A stretch of 64,000 nucleotides of DNA. Source: Babesia bigemina (lineage: Eukaryota). Positions within the stretch are counted from its first letter, which is position 1. Each line of letters begins with the position of its first letter. The notes beneath the pieces were generated by a model. It did no database searches. It worked only from the letters and a program-made list of their open reading frames with translations, and had not been told where the DNA came from. Below are positions 54,214-64,000 of this stretch, in pieces. The position numbers were made by a program, and so were the translations under genes. The stretch is taken from contig NC_027218.1 of assembly GCF_000981445.1 (NCBI RefSeq), positions 620,001 to 684,000 of the forward strand, read 5' to 3'.

Positions 54214-55166
54214 TTAAGCTGCAGAGGCGTTAAGCTCCTTGGTGAGCAGGTTTTCGGCATCCTCAGACTCCTGGACCTTCATGCCGTGGCCAGTGTCCTC
54301 CGAGATGTCGGTGTGTACCTCCATGAGCTTGGTGAGGTCGAACTTGGGCTTCTTGAGCACCTTGATCTTCCTGATAAGCACGTTCTGCAACGGGAACACT
54401 CCCTTGCAGGCCTTCTCGATCTCCTTGCCAATGGACTCCGGGATGATCTTCTTGACCACCTCCCTCAAAGAGGTCGTCGAGGCCTCACGCTGCATGACCT
54501 GGACCATCTTGCGTCTAATGACCCTGGTCTTAGAGGTCCTGATGTAGCAGGTGCTCTTCAGCTGGCCGGGGCGCCTCTTGGTGTAGCCGATGCAGAACAT
54601 CCTGAGGGTGTAACCGTCAGTGGTCTTGACGTCGGTGAAGGCCTCAATAAGGGAGTAGTTCTTCCTGATCAGGGAGCACAGCTTGTCGCGGGTGACGCTG
54701 GAGCCGTGGAAGTTGGTGAGGCAGTTCCTGCCCTGTACATCCTCACAGCAGAGCTTGATCTTGCGGTAAGCCTGGTCCTCATCAGCGTTGAGGTCGGCGA
54801 GCGAAACGTCGAAGATACGTCCCTTCAAACCATCGATGGCGAGCTCTGCGAAATGTGATAACGGTTGTTAAATTGGGTTACGACGGGCAACGACACTGGG
54901 AGTCAGGCACGCCGGCGCCGTGTGGTTGGCGTTCCAACCCGGCCCCGGCGACCTCGCAGCACACAGGCCGCCAATTACACGCACAAATATCGCTGCGACT
55001 TACTTGTACCCTGGGTCTTGGTGACGAGGGTCTGGCCGAAGTTCCTGACGTGGAACATGACGGGGGCCTTGAGGGTGTACCACTCTTTCTTCAAGAAAGG
55101 GTCAACGACCTTCTTCTTTCCACCCTTCTTTCCCTTGCTGACTCTCTTGTTCTTCCCGACCGCCAT
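54214..55166 (-). CDS. RPS3A: 40S ribosomal protein S3a (eS1), 2 exons (intron about 54848-55003)
   Basis: [30 protein letters not shown]…[13 protein letters not shown]…CLTNFHG…IFPLQ-like [22 protein letters not shown]. Confidence 0.97.
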
Positions 55167-55827
55167 TTTGACCGTTTAATCTGCGTCTACGTCAAGCCGC
55201 GTTGCGTGGTGGCTCACCTGCTCCCTTTCACCCAATAACGCTGCAGCCTATGATACCTGCTCGACAGACGCAGCCGGTTCAGGTATGTTCGCAACGAATT
55301 ACCTGGTGTATAGTAACGATTGAGGCTCCCTCGGGGCTGCTGGAATCCGGTTGACCGCGCGACCCCATCCGTGCGTCCCCACTGGCGGCACGGCCTCAAC
55401 GCGATAGCAGAAAGATACGGACGCCGTAACGGCCGTGCAGCAAGCACGGCGCTATGTGTTTGTTTGTGTATTAATAAACGTTTGTACAGTCATTATTCTG
55501 GCATCTGTCCACCCCGCCCAGCCGGGTGTGCCGTGTTCCGGCCCTTCCTCACGGTTAGCTACACATTACGCTAAGCGCCGCTAGAAAGCCGCCAAAACGC
55601 GTTTAACTGCCATATGGCAATTCGAATCGCACGTAACGGTATGTACCGACCGCGATGTCGTCACTTCGTACACCGCCAGCGTCTGACCGGCGTTGAGCAG
55701 CAACATTTCTGGGTCACGTAGAAGCACGTGTTGAGTTGGTGTGTCATGCCGATATGTGGGTTAAGCACGTGTCGCTTGGCGGTGCTCTGCGGAACCGTCG
55801 CAGGATTCGCCGAGGCTCCGCAGACGA

Positions 55828-56122
55828 TCACTTCTTCTTGGCGGCCTGCTTCTGTAGCAGCTCCTTGCGGGCAGCCTCAAGTTGCCTGGCGCGCATATGA
55901 CGTTTCGCAAGAATGACCTACTTCTTTTCTTCGGCTTGTTTTTTCTTGAACTCGACGTCCTCCTCGGTCTCAACCACGACCTTCTTGGGCGCCTTCAACG
56001 GCTTTTTCTTGCCTCCCTAAATTAATGTCAGTGATGCCAGCTAATTTGCGGTGGTTACGCCGATCGAGGGCTCGGCGCGATCCACGCCGTCACAGTGAGC
56101 TCACCTGTGTTCCCGCTGGCAT
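55828..56122 (-). CDS. TMA7: Translation machinery-associated protein 7, 3 exons
   Basis: Spliced reading MPAGTQ|GGKKKPLKAPKKVVVETEEDVEFKKKQAEEKK|QLEAARKELLQKQAAKKK*. Confidence 0.85.
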
Positions 56123-56285
56123 TTTGTACGTCGCGGCGATGTCTACAAGTGCTACGTAGGCGGTCCCTGTCTGCGAAATCCGGTGGAAATGCGGATTGTG
56201 ATTTCTTGTGGCGGATACCCCGTGGCCACAACGGCCGCCGCACACCGGTCGCTAAAGGTGGCTCACAAAAATTAGTTGGCCGCTG

Positions 56286-57785
56286 TCAGTAAACTTTCGT
56301 GATGAGCCCCGACGCCACGGTTTTGCCGCCCTCTCTGAGCGCGAATCTCAACCCATCGTGGACAGGCATCGGGTGCAGCAGCTTGATGTTGCACCTGACG
56401 TTGTCGCCAGGCGCCGCCATCTCCAAATCGCCGAGCAGGTGGACGGAGCAGCAGATGTCCCCAGTGCGTATGAACGCCTGCGGCCGGTAGTTGGAGACGA
56501 AGGGGTGCTTCCTGCCACCCTCCTCGGTGGTCAGAACGTAGAGGTCCGCGTCGAACTCGCTGTGGCATTTGTACGTGCCGGGCTGGATGAGCACGAAACC
56601 CCGCTCAACCTCGTCGCGTTTCACACCCTTAAGCAGCACACCGATCTGGTCACCTGCGATACCTTCGCTGAGGCTCTTGCGGAACATTTCGAGGCCCATG
56701 CAGACGGTCTTCTTCCCAGACTTGGGGCCACCGCAGACCTCGATGGCGTCGCCACACCTGATCTTGCCCTGCTCCACGCGGCCGGTCACGACCGTGCCCT
56801 TGCCGGGGATGGCCAGAACGTCGTCCACGGCGACCAGCAGCGGCAGGTCGCTCTTGCGCTCCGGAGTCAGGAGGTACGTATCGCACGCGTGCAGGAGCTC
56901 CCGTATGGGCTTCACGTCCTCCTCCGCAGCGCTGTTCAGCGCCTTCATGGCGCTTCCCTTGATGATTGGGGTAGCGTCGCCGTCGTATCCGTACTCGCTG
57001 AGGAGCTCCCTGATCTCCAACTCGACCAGCTCCAGCAGCTCCACGTCCTCCAGCATGTCGAGCTTGTTCAGGAACACCACAAGCCGCGGCACGCCGATCT
57101 GCTTGGCCAGCAGCACGTGCTCCTTGGTTTGCGGCATCGGGCCATCCACGCACGACACGACCAGGATGGCGCCGTCCATCTGTGCCGCGCCCGAGATCAT
57201 GTTCTTCACGTAGTCGGCGTGACCGGGGCAGTCCACGTGACCGTAGTGCCTGTTCTGGGTTTCGTATTCTACATGCGTCGAGTTGATGGTGATGCCACGC
57301 TTCCGTTCCTCCGGCGCGCGGTCGATGGCCTCGTAGGGCGTGTACTCTCCGTGCCCGTCCATGGCGCACACCTTCGTGAGGGCGGCCGTGAGCGTGGTTT
57401 TCCCGTGGTCGACGTGCCCGATGGTGCCGATGTTCAGGTGATCCTTGTTCCTGACGAAGGTGCCCACGGCGAAGTAGCGCCTGCCACTGGGGTTAGAGGT
57501 GTGCCCCGCCAGGTCGCCGTGTTGCAGACGGCCGAGGCTGCAACGCTCACGGGATGCCAACACGTGCGATGCCGCGGTGCCCAGACGGCGCTGGCACGAC
57601 CATTGCGACGCCATGAGCCCGTCTGCAGCCACACTCAAGCTGCTTACGGCCCGTGTTGCAGACGCCACGTGGCGCTTCGCAACATCGCGTAACGACCCCT
57701 TAGAGAGGAGTTGCGATGCGGTACTGGCGGCATAGCCGTTCGACGAGAACGTTGCCAGCAGCACCTTGGTATATCTTTTCAGCAT
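56286..57785 (-). CDS. TUFM: Mitochondrial elongation factor Tu with N-terminal presequence
   Basis: [47 protein letters not shown] and [13 protein letters not shown], preceded by a ~100 aa Ser/Arg/Ala-rich leader. Confidence 0.96.
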   Translation of the reverse strand: MLKRYTKVLLATFSSNGYAASTASQLLSKGSLRDVAKRHVASATRAVSSLSVAADGLMASQWSCQRRLGTAASHVLASRERCSLGRLQHGDLAGHTSNPSGRRYFAVGTFVRNKDHLNIGTIGHVDHGKTTLTAALTKVCAMDGHGEYTPYEAIDRAPEERKRGITINSTHVEYETQNRHYGHVDCPGHADYVKNMISGAAQMDGAILVVSCVDGPMPQTKEHVLLAKQIGVPRLVVFLNKLDMLEDVELLELVELEIRELLSEYGYDGDATPIIKGSAMKALNSAAEEDVKPIRELLHACDTYLLTPERKSDLPLLVAVDDVLAIPGKGTVVTGRVEQGKIRCGDAIEVCGGPKSGKKTVCMGLEMFRKSLSEGIAGDQIGVLLKGVKRDEVERGFVLIQPGTYKCHSEFDADLYVLTTEEGGRKHPFVSNYRPQAFIRTGDICCSVHLLGDLEMAAPGDNVRCNIKLLHPMPVHDGLRFALREGGKTVASGLITKVY

Positions 57786-58325
57786 GGTTGGGATACGATA
57801 CGCTGTTACACGGGTTGCGTCTTCGCAGCAGTCGTGCCGAGTTGACAGTAGCGGATCCCGCTGGCTGTAGCGGCTAATCGCATACCAGTGCCTACGTATA
57901 CTGGAAGCGGATATTGCCGTCAGCTTTTTCTGTGTACCGCCGCGCCGCCGCCTGCGATATCGTCAATGTGTACGATCGGGTGTCCAGGGCGCGCTTCCCA
58001 ACTTCGGAAGGCCTCACATCGTACGCTGCAGCCGGTGTCTACGACAGTCAGTATGCGTAACTATGCGGCGCAGTGGCGTGGTTACGGTCGTAGAAGTTCC
58101 GGCTGTGAAGTTCGGGATGGATTGAACGGTGATATGCAGCAGCTGCTTTGCCGGTTCAGCTCCGCGATGGGCTGCCTTCATTAGTCAAGCTTATTATAGC
58201 TGCACTAACGTATAGCGAGTTGTGTATTTCATCATTTTCCAGCCATTTGGTTGAATTGCAAGCCACTCCAAACATTATAATTCCACGTTGTCAATGCGAT
58301 ACTGCCCTTTGGCATGGTTGGCGCA

Positions 58326-60686
58326 CTACGCCCTCACACTGGGCATCGGCGCCTCGTCAGGCGCTAGATTCGCGAGGCCGTGCATGGCCGTGTCGAATCC
58401 GTCGATGTTGTGCCTGATGTGCAGGAAAATCTGCTTCATCTGGTGCGCATAGTGCGTCACGACGTCCTGCTTCTGCTTCTGACCCTCTGCGATCAGGCAC
58501 ATGTCGCTCTCCATGTTGGCGCGCAGGTTGGGTTTAGTCAGGTCGATTTCCGTGTGCCTGTAGCTCTTGAAGGCCCAGTAGAGCGCCTTTCCCAGGTTTG
58601 TCGGTATGAGCGTGAAGTTCGGCTCCTTGACCACGTAGTGCCTGTCCTGCACCTTTTGGATGTGCTCGTGCATCGTGGCGTCGGTGCCGATGCCGTGCTT
58701 GCTCATCAGGTCGATGAGGTTGGTCTCGGTGAGGAGACCCGGCGGCTTGGTGCGGCTGCAGGTGAGCATGATTTTCTGCGGCATCATCACCTCCCCCTGC
58801 ACCATGGCGGGGATTGTCCTCCCATTCCTGAACACCATCAGCCCACACTACCAGCCACGTACCATGTGCTGTACGGGTATATGTCCAGCCAGTGGCGCTC
58901 CTTCACGACCAGGCCCTTGGAGTGGAACCCCTCCCCGGCGACGTCAACGAACACGGTCGATTCGTCACCCACTGCCGCCGGGCTGCAGCAGGCCAGGAAA
59001 CGCCTGGTGATGTACTCGTACAGCTGCCAGCTGCGGTGCGACTCCGCCTCCTCGCGGCGCATTGGCTTGACCGGGTGGATGGGCGGGTGCGCCTCGTCGT
59101 TCTTTTTGCCTTTCCTCGGGACGATATTGCCACCTGAAAGCATACGTGCCACTACATGACAACCTGCTGACGTACCCCTGACCAGCTTGGACGCATAGTC
59201 GCCGAACTGCGGGTGGGTCGTAAACGGCTGGATGAGGCTCATCAGGTTCATGGAGGACGGGAAAACGTTAGTCTCGGTTCTGGGGTAGCTTATGTACCCC
59301 TTGTTGTACAGCGACTCCGCGAGGTGCATACTCCTGCGAGGCATGATTTAAACCGCTGCGCACGAACTCGTGTGACGAGATTTTCAGGTAGTGGGCAGCG
59401 TCCTTGTGCATTTCGACCGTGTCCAGCGGCAGCGGCGGGTAGCGCTTGGTCGTCCGGTTGTTCACCTACGCGTCATAGCGGTATTTCTGTGGGCGACCAA
59501 CGTGCGTGACTCTCGCCATGGGGTTTTCCAAACACGCCTCGTAGAGGGTGAGCACGGCCAGCCTGTCAAACAGCCTCACTCGGTCCCACAAGAACGTATG
59601 CACTTTCCCGCCCCGCTCAATGTGGACCTGCATGGACCAGAAGTCCTCGGGGACGAACGATTCGATCTTCCTAAAGCGCTCGACGATGAACCCAAGCGTG
59701 GGCAATTGGCAGGGTCCGTAGCTGAGATCCATTAAAAATGGTCATCATCATAGTTTACCTCAGCACCTTGGCCTCGGTGCTTATGCCGGCCTTGTACTTG
59801 GTGGTCATGAACCTCGTCATCGACGACCCTGTGCGTCGTTAAGCCGCGCATGCCACTTTATGGCGTACCGATGCGCAGGTCGATTTCCTGGCGCGCTTCA
59901 ACCGCCTTCATGTCGCCGTAACATTGCGAATGCAAGCTCCACCAACCTGTGCAAGGTTGGCGTTTGGGTCCCGCAGCCGGCTGCACGCAATTTCGATGTC
60001 GGACCCTATACGATGATCAGAAAAAACAAAACGTTGCACTCACGTGTTACGGCTGAGAATATCGCCCTTCGTACGGCGATGTTCTTGTTTACCCTTTGGC
60101 AGACGGTCATCACCTGCATGTCCGTTTCCCCAGGAGATGGGCCTGTCTAACCTCGAATGCAATAGCCTCCCCTTCTCGGTCGCAGTCGAGCCACAGCACA
60201 AGCGTCCCGCATCTACACATATCGCATCAGATTATTGTATGAATGACCCACTGTTTCGCGTATTGCAGGAGATTTTTCTCTATATCCTTGCAGTTAGGCG
60301 ATACAGCGGAATATACAGGCGCTGTAGAATACTGTGATTTCCGAAGGCAACCCTAACCTTCGAATAGCTCTTGCACCGGTGTACGTTGCCAGTTGCGATA
60401 TTTGGGGTCGAAGTCGAGCTCCATGAGGTGCCTGTACGCGTTGGCGCAAAGCTGGGCTGGTACTCACCCTCGGACGGAGGTGAAGTACATTTTGCATTGT
60501 CTTCCCTCCAGCGGACACACGAACGAGTACACCGGGTTAGTCTTAGCGTTGGTGAACTCCTGCGGCCGTATGTGTGCGTGCTATCCCTGGAATCCGGCCT
60601 ACCGTCCGCTTCCGGCCCTGGGAGAGTATCTCCGAGATGCTGCGGGCGACCGAGGGCTTCTCGGCGACGTTAAGCACGAGCTCCAT
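58326..60686 (-). CDS. TOP3: DNA topoisomerase III (type IA, TOP3-alpha-like), multi-exon
   Basis: VLNVAEKPSVA, TSVRGHLMELDF, LWLDCDREGE, RQEIDLRIG, SYGPCQLPTLGFIVER, active-site GYISYPRTET, EAHPPIHP and GIGTDATMHEHI. Confidence 0.93.
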
Positions 60687-60756
60687 TTATTTTAAGCCAT
60701 TAATAAAAGGTTGGACTTTCATGTGTGCTATACCCGTTCGGGTGGGTGATGTGTGT

Positions 60757-62498
60757 CTACCTGACCATCTTCTGCCAGTGGTCATCCGTGACATATTCGA
60801 CCTTGATGGTGTTACCCGCGAATACGCGCCCGTTGAGGCTTCGATATGCCACCGTGGCGTCCAAAAGGTTCCCGAACTTGACCCAGACCTTTCCGTCCAC
60901 GGCTTGCCTGTTGATGTATACTTTGACTACCTTACCGTATTTGTTGCACTCATCGTTCACGTCTTCCTCCACTTCACTGAAGAAGTTGGGCTCCGATACC
61001 GTGGGATCTGATGAGCTGAACATGTTATTCAGGATCACGTTACACGTTGGCGCGTTCGATATGCCGGTGTGGGCCTGCATGGGAATAAGTTTCTAATGAA
61101 ATGCAAAACTACGTGCAACACGAAAATATTCTTAAGACACATACACTAAAGAGACGGTATGAGCTAATGCACGCTTTAATAGCCGTGACAGACTTAGCAT
61201 ATCATAAAACCCTGCCTTCGCTGAGCACAGGTGGCGATAGGGTTTCGACGAGTTCTTCAATCGAACACGAAAACAATTACACAATTATGCACGTACGCTT
61301 ACCACCGATTGTGCCGATTGCGCTGCACCGGCAGTATCCGAAGACGATGTCCTTTGTAGCTTGTGCATCAATGCGATTTTGTTGTTGGCGCCTGAAATGA
61401 GGCCGCCTCCGTCCTCATCCAGACGCTCAATGTCAACTTCTCCATGTGACGCCAGCCTTCCGGTTGCATTAGCGCCTGTTGCATATGCCACTTTGATTGT
61501 CTGACCTCCGATGTCGAAGCCGTTCATCGCGGACACGGCCTCCTTAGCCTCCGACGCGCGTTTGAACTTGAGGAACGCGTGACCTAGCGGCAGACCAGAG
61601 TGCGGGTCGCGCATGATTTCGACGTTGATAATGGTCCCGAAGGGCGAGAACATCTGCTTGATCTCGACCTCGGTGATGGCGGACAGGGACCCTGTCAGTC
61701 CTGTGACCTGGACGGTGAACGGCGAGTCGGCGACCTCGACCGTCTGTTGCTGGATGAGCTTCGCCGCCCTCGCCGCCCTGTTCTTCTCAGCCTGCGATGA
61801 CTGGACACGAATGCGTTGACCGTTCAGTTCAAACCCGTTCATCGCGAGCGCCTTGATGACAGACTCCTGCGTGTAGAACTCCACGTACGCCACTCCCTTT
61901 GACCTTCCGGACCTGGCGTCGCGCACGCATTGCACATCTCGCACTTTTCCTGCATGTTCACTGAATGCTTCGTATATTTTGCGTTCATCTGCGCCGAGGT
62001 GTAGGTTGATCACGAGCACGGTGAGGTCCTCGCGCTGCGCCTCCTCAATCTCACGCTGTCTCCTCTGCTCGTGCTCCAATCTGGCGCGCTCTTCCGGGTC
62101 CACAGGCGCCCTTTCATCGCGCGCCCTGCTTCGCTTCTCGCTCTCACGATAGCTGCGTTGTCGTGATGGGCTACGCTCTCTGCGAGTGGACCTGCTGTGG
62201 CGCCTCCTGGATGATTCGCGGTCTCGGCTGATGGAACGGCTGTGTCTGGAGTGCCTGCAACCCTTTAGACGGTAAATCGAGGCGCGTGGCCGTACCTTCG
62301 GTGCGATCGTTCGCGATGGCCGCGCGATGAGCTGTAGCTATCCGAGTGCCTCCGCGATCGGTGGTACCTTCTCGGGCTACGTGACATCGAGCGGTCGCGC
62401 CGGTGGTAGCGACTAGGGCTCTTGTCTCTAGGCTCGCGGCTTTCGCGATCCCTGTCGGGAATCACTTTGCCGACATCTGCAACGTCAGCTGTTTCCAT
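60757..62498 (-). CDS. RBM39: RBM39/CAPER (CC1-like) splicing factor: RS domain plus three RRM/UHM domains, multi-exon
   Basis: RS-rich N-terminus, RRM1 GKVRDVQCVRDARSGRSKGVAYVEF, RRM2, and UHM LNNMF…FFSEVEEDVNDECNKYG…GRVFAG. Confidence 0.88.
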
Positions 62499-62745
62499 TG
62501 CAGTGAATCGTTATCTTACAGCCTGATGGCCCCGCCACGCACTAGAGTTGAAAAGATTCTGTTGTACTGAGGGTGGAATGTCGCGGCCGTGGTCGTTGCC
62601 TGGGCGTGCATCGGTGGGGGCGTGCGGAAGGTCACTGCCCTGGCTACGCCGGCGCGCCACGTGCTTACACACAGTGATTGTGCGACTCAATTTTGTCATA
62701 TTCTGCATTATTTCGTTATTCAGCGAAGATGTTATTCGGTGGATG

Positions 62746-63793
62746 CTACACAGTCTGAGGTGGTTCCTTGACCTCGAACCTACGGGATGTTTGCGGGATG
62801 CTGTGTCTACTTACTTCATTGAGTTAAGATTCACATCCCACGTGGAGCTGATGTTGCTGTAGTTTTGTCGCTGCACCCTGCGCTTGTTTACAGTTGGGCG
62901 GCGGTGCGACCTACCAGTAGAACACATAGAATACGGTCCAATTCGGTATCAGGATGACTATCGTGTTCGTGGCGATGTACAGCACCTCCTTGAGGACAGG
63001 CATGTCGAGTTCAAATCCCTTCCCGTTCATGCTTTGTTTCACGGAGTAGTACAGCACGACGTCCCATACCAGCGTACCCTGTTCATGCGTCAACCGTAAA
63101 GCGATGTTAACGAACCATTGCGGCGATTGCCTCTACAACTACAAGTAGCAGCAGGTGCTGGTACCTGGTGTCGCTGTACGATTCGACGAGGTCGCCGCCG
63201 TCTCGGAGGAAATTCTGCAGGTTCGCGCCGCTGTCCGGCTGTCCTTGTTCCGTCCCCTCCTCGTCGATTTTCAGTATCTTGCTGACATCCAGGCTCCTCC
63301 GTATTTTGCAGGCGACGTATATGACCGCCACCGACATGGCGCACCAGAGCGCCGACATTATGATTCCAACCTTCGCGTTGAGGTATATGGTGTGGTCGTA
63401 CACGTTGAAGTAGCTGTACAGCAGTGATAGTGCGATGCAGCATGTCACGAAGTTCATCAGCCCTTTCGCCATCCGTCTGCGGCGCTTTTTGTTCGCCAGC
63501 ATTATGTCAAGGCAGCTCCAGGATATGATTTCAGCTTGCACGACCTTTATTGCCTTGTTGAGGATGTGCAGGAACGGGTGCTGGTCGCCGAAGTAGAAAA
63601 TAATGCCGAATACCAGCTGCGAGCACGACAGCAGGACGACGCAGAGCTCGCTGCGTGGCATCCTGCTGGGCGATACAGCCAGTCGGCACAGCACGTAGAT
63701 GAATGCGATAAGCGTAATTAGGCACACGAGCCCAAATAAACTGCATTTTAGCTCGGAGTGCAGGTCGAGCAGCTCCACTCGAACCTCCGCCAT
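62746..63793 (-). CDS. Multi-pass (about 7 TM) membrane protein of unknown function, multi-exon (3' end approximate)
   Basis: About seven hydrophobic segments across the ORFs 63107-63793 and 62911-63093, which are joined by short GT..AG introns. A polar loop lies between TM5 and TM6. Confidence 0.65.
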
Positions 63794-64000
63794 GGGTTAC
63801 TTCCGATACAATGTGCAAATATCCCAGCTTTATTCGGCACGGCCACCGAGTACGGGGTCCGCGCCCCTGCAGAGCGCGCCTACTGACGGCGCTCTTCGAT
63901 TATCACCGCCTGCTTCACGTTCGAACAGCGACTTCTCCTCGGTCACCGATGTGCGTCAGGGGAGCGCCGTTCCTCGCCCCAGGCGCATCGCGCGTATCAC

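Noticed and set aside
56358..57692. 444-aa plus-strand ORF antisense to EF-Tu (likewise 54148-54858, 21756-22307, 58380-59159 and 27729-28580)
   Set aside because: Antisense shadows caused by GC-rich third positions in conserved genes; the translations resemble no protein.
1..64000. Transposons, CRISPR arrays, tRNA/rRNA genes and telomeric repeats
   Set aside because: No transposase or RT motifs, regularly spaced repeats, cloverleaf boxes or telomere-type arrays were recognised by eye. A tRNAscan/Infernal run would be needed to exclude small RNAs.

Overview
Eukaryotic, gene-dense apicomplexan DNA. It is a piroplasm of Babesia sensu stricto type: the VESA-type motifs resemble those of B. bigemina/B. 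ovata/B. caballi, but the species cannot be fixed from sequence alone. The window has two compartments. (1) 1 to ~18.7 kb is an intronless variant-antigen island. It holds a partial Pro/Thr-rich ORF, two short VESA-N-terminus-only paralogs in opposite orientation, and, between those paralogs, a six-domain 6-Cys (s48/45)-like gene and a ~3060-aa ves/VESA-type gene with two internal helical repeat arrays. The two short paralogs share a 114-nt tract at ~93% identity and a colinear upstream motif set. (2) ~19.2 to 64 kb is compact, mostly intron-containing core genome. It encodes a divergent delta-tubulin, RPS17, a SMYD-type SET protein, a degenerate RFC-like AAA+ protein, MAK16, ATAD3, an IPK1-like kinase, a CDK-like kinase, Rpp21/Rpr2-like, SRP40/Nopp140-like, TAF6, mL59-like, ITPase, a PX/coiled-coil protein, INTS3-like, RPS3A, TMA7, mitochondrial EF-Tu, topoisomerase III, RBM39-like and a multi-TM protein. 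All identifications come from recognising motifs by eye and exon boundaries were inferred manually from GT..AG sites. No database searches were run. No tRNA, rRNA, CRISPR or transposon was recognised.
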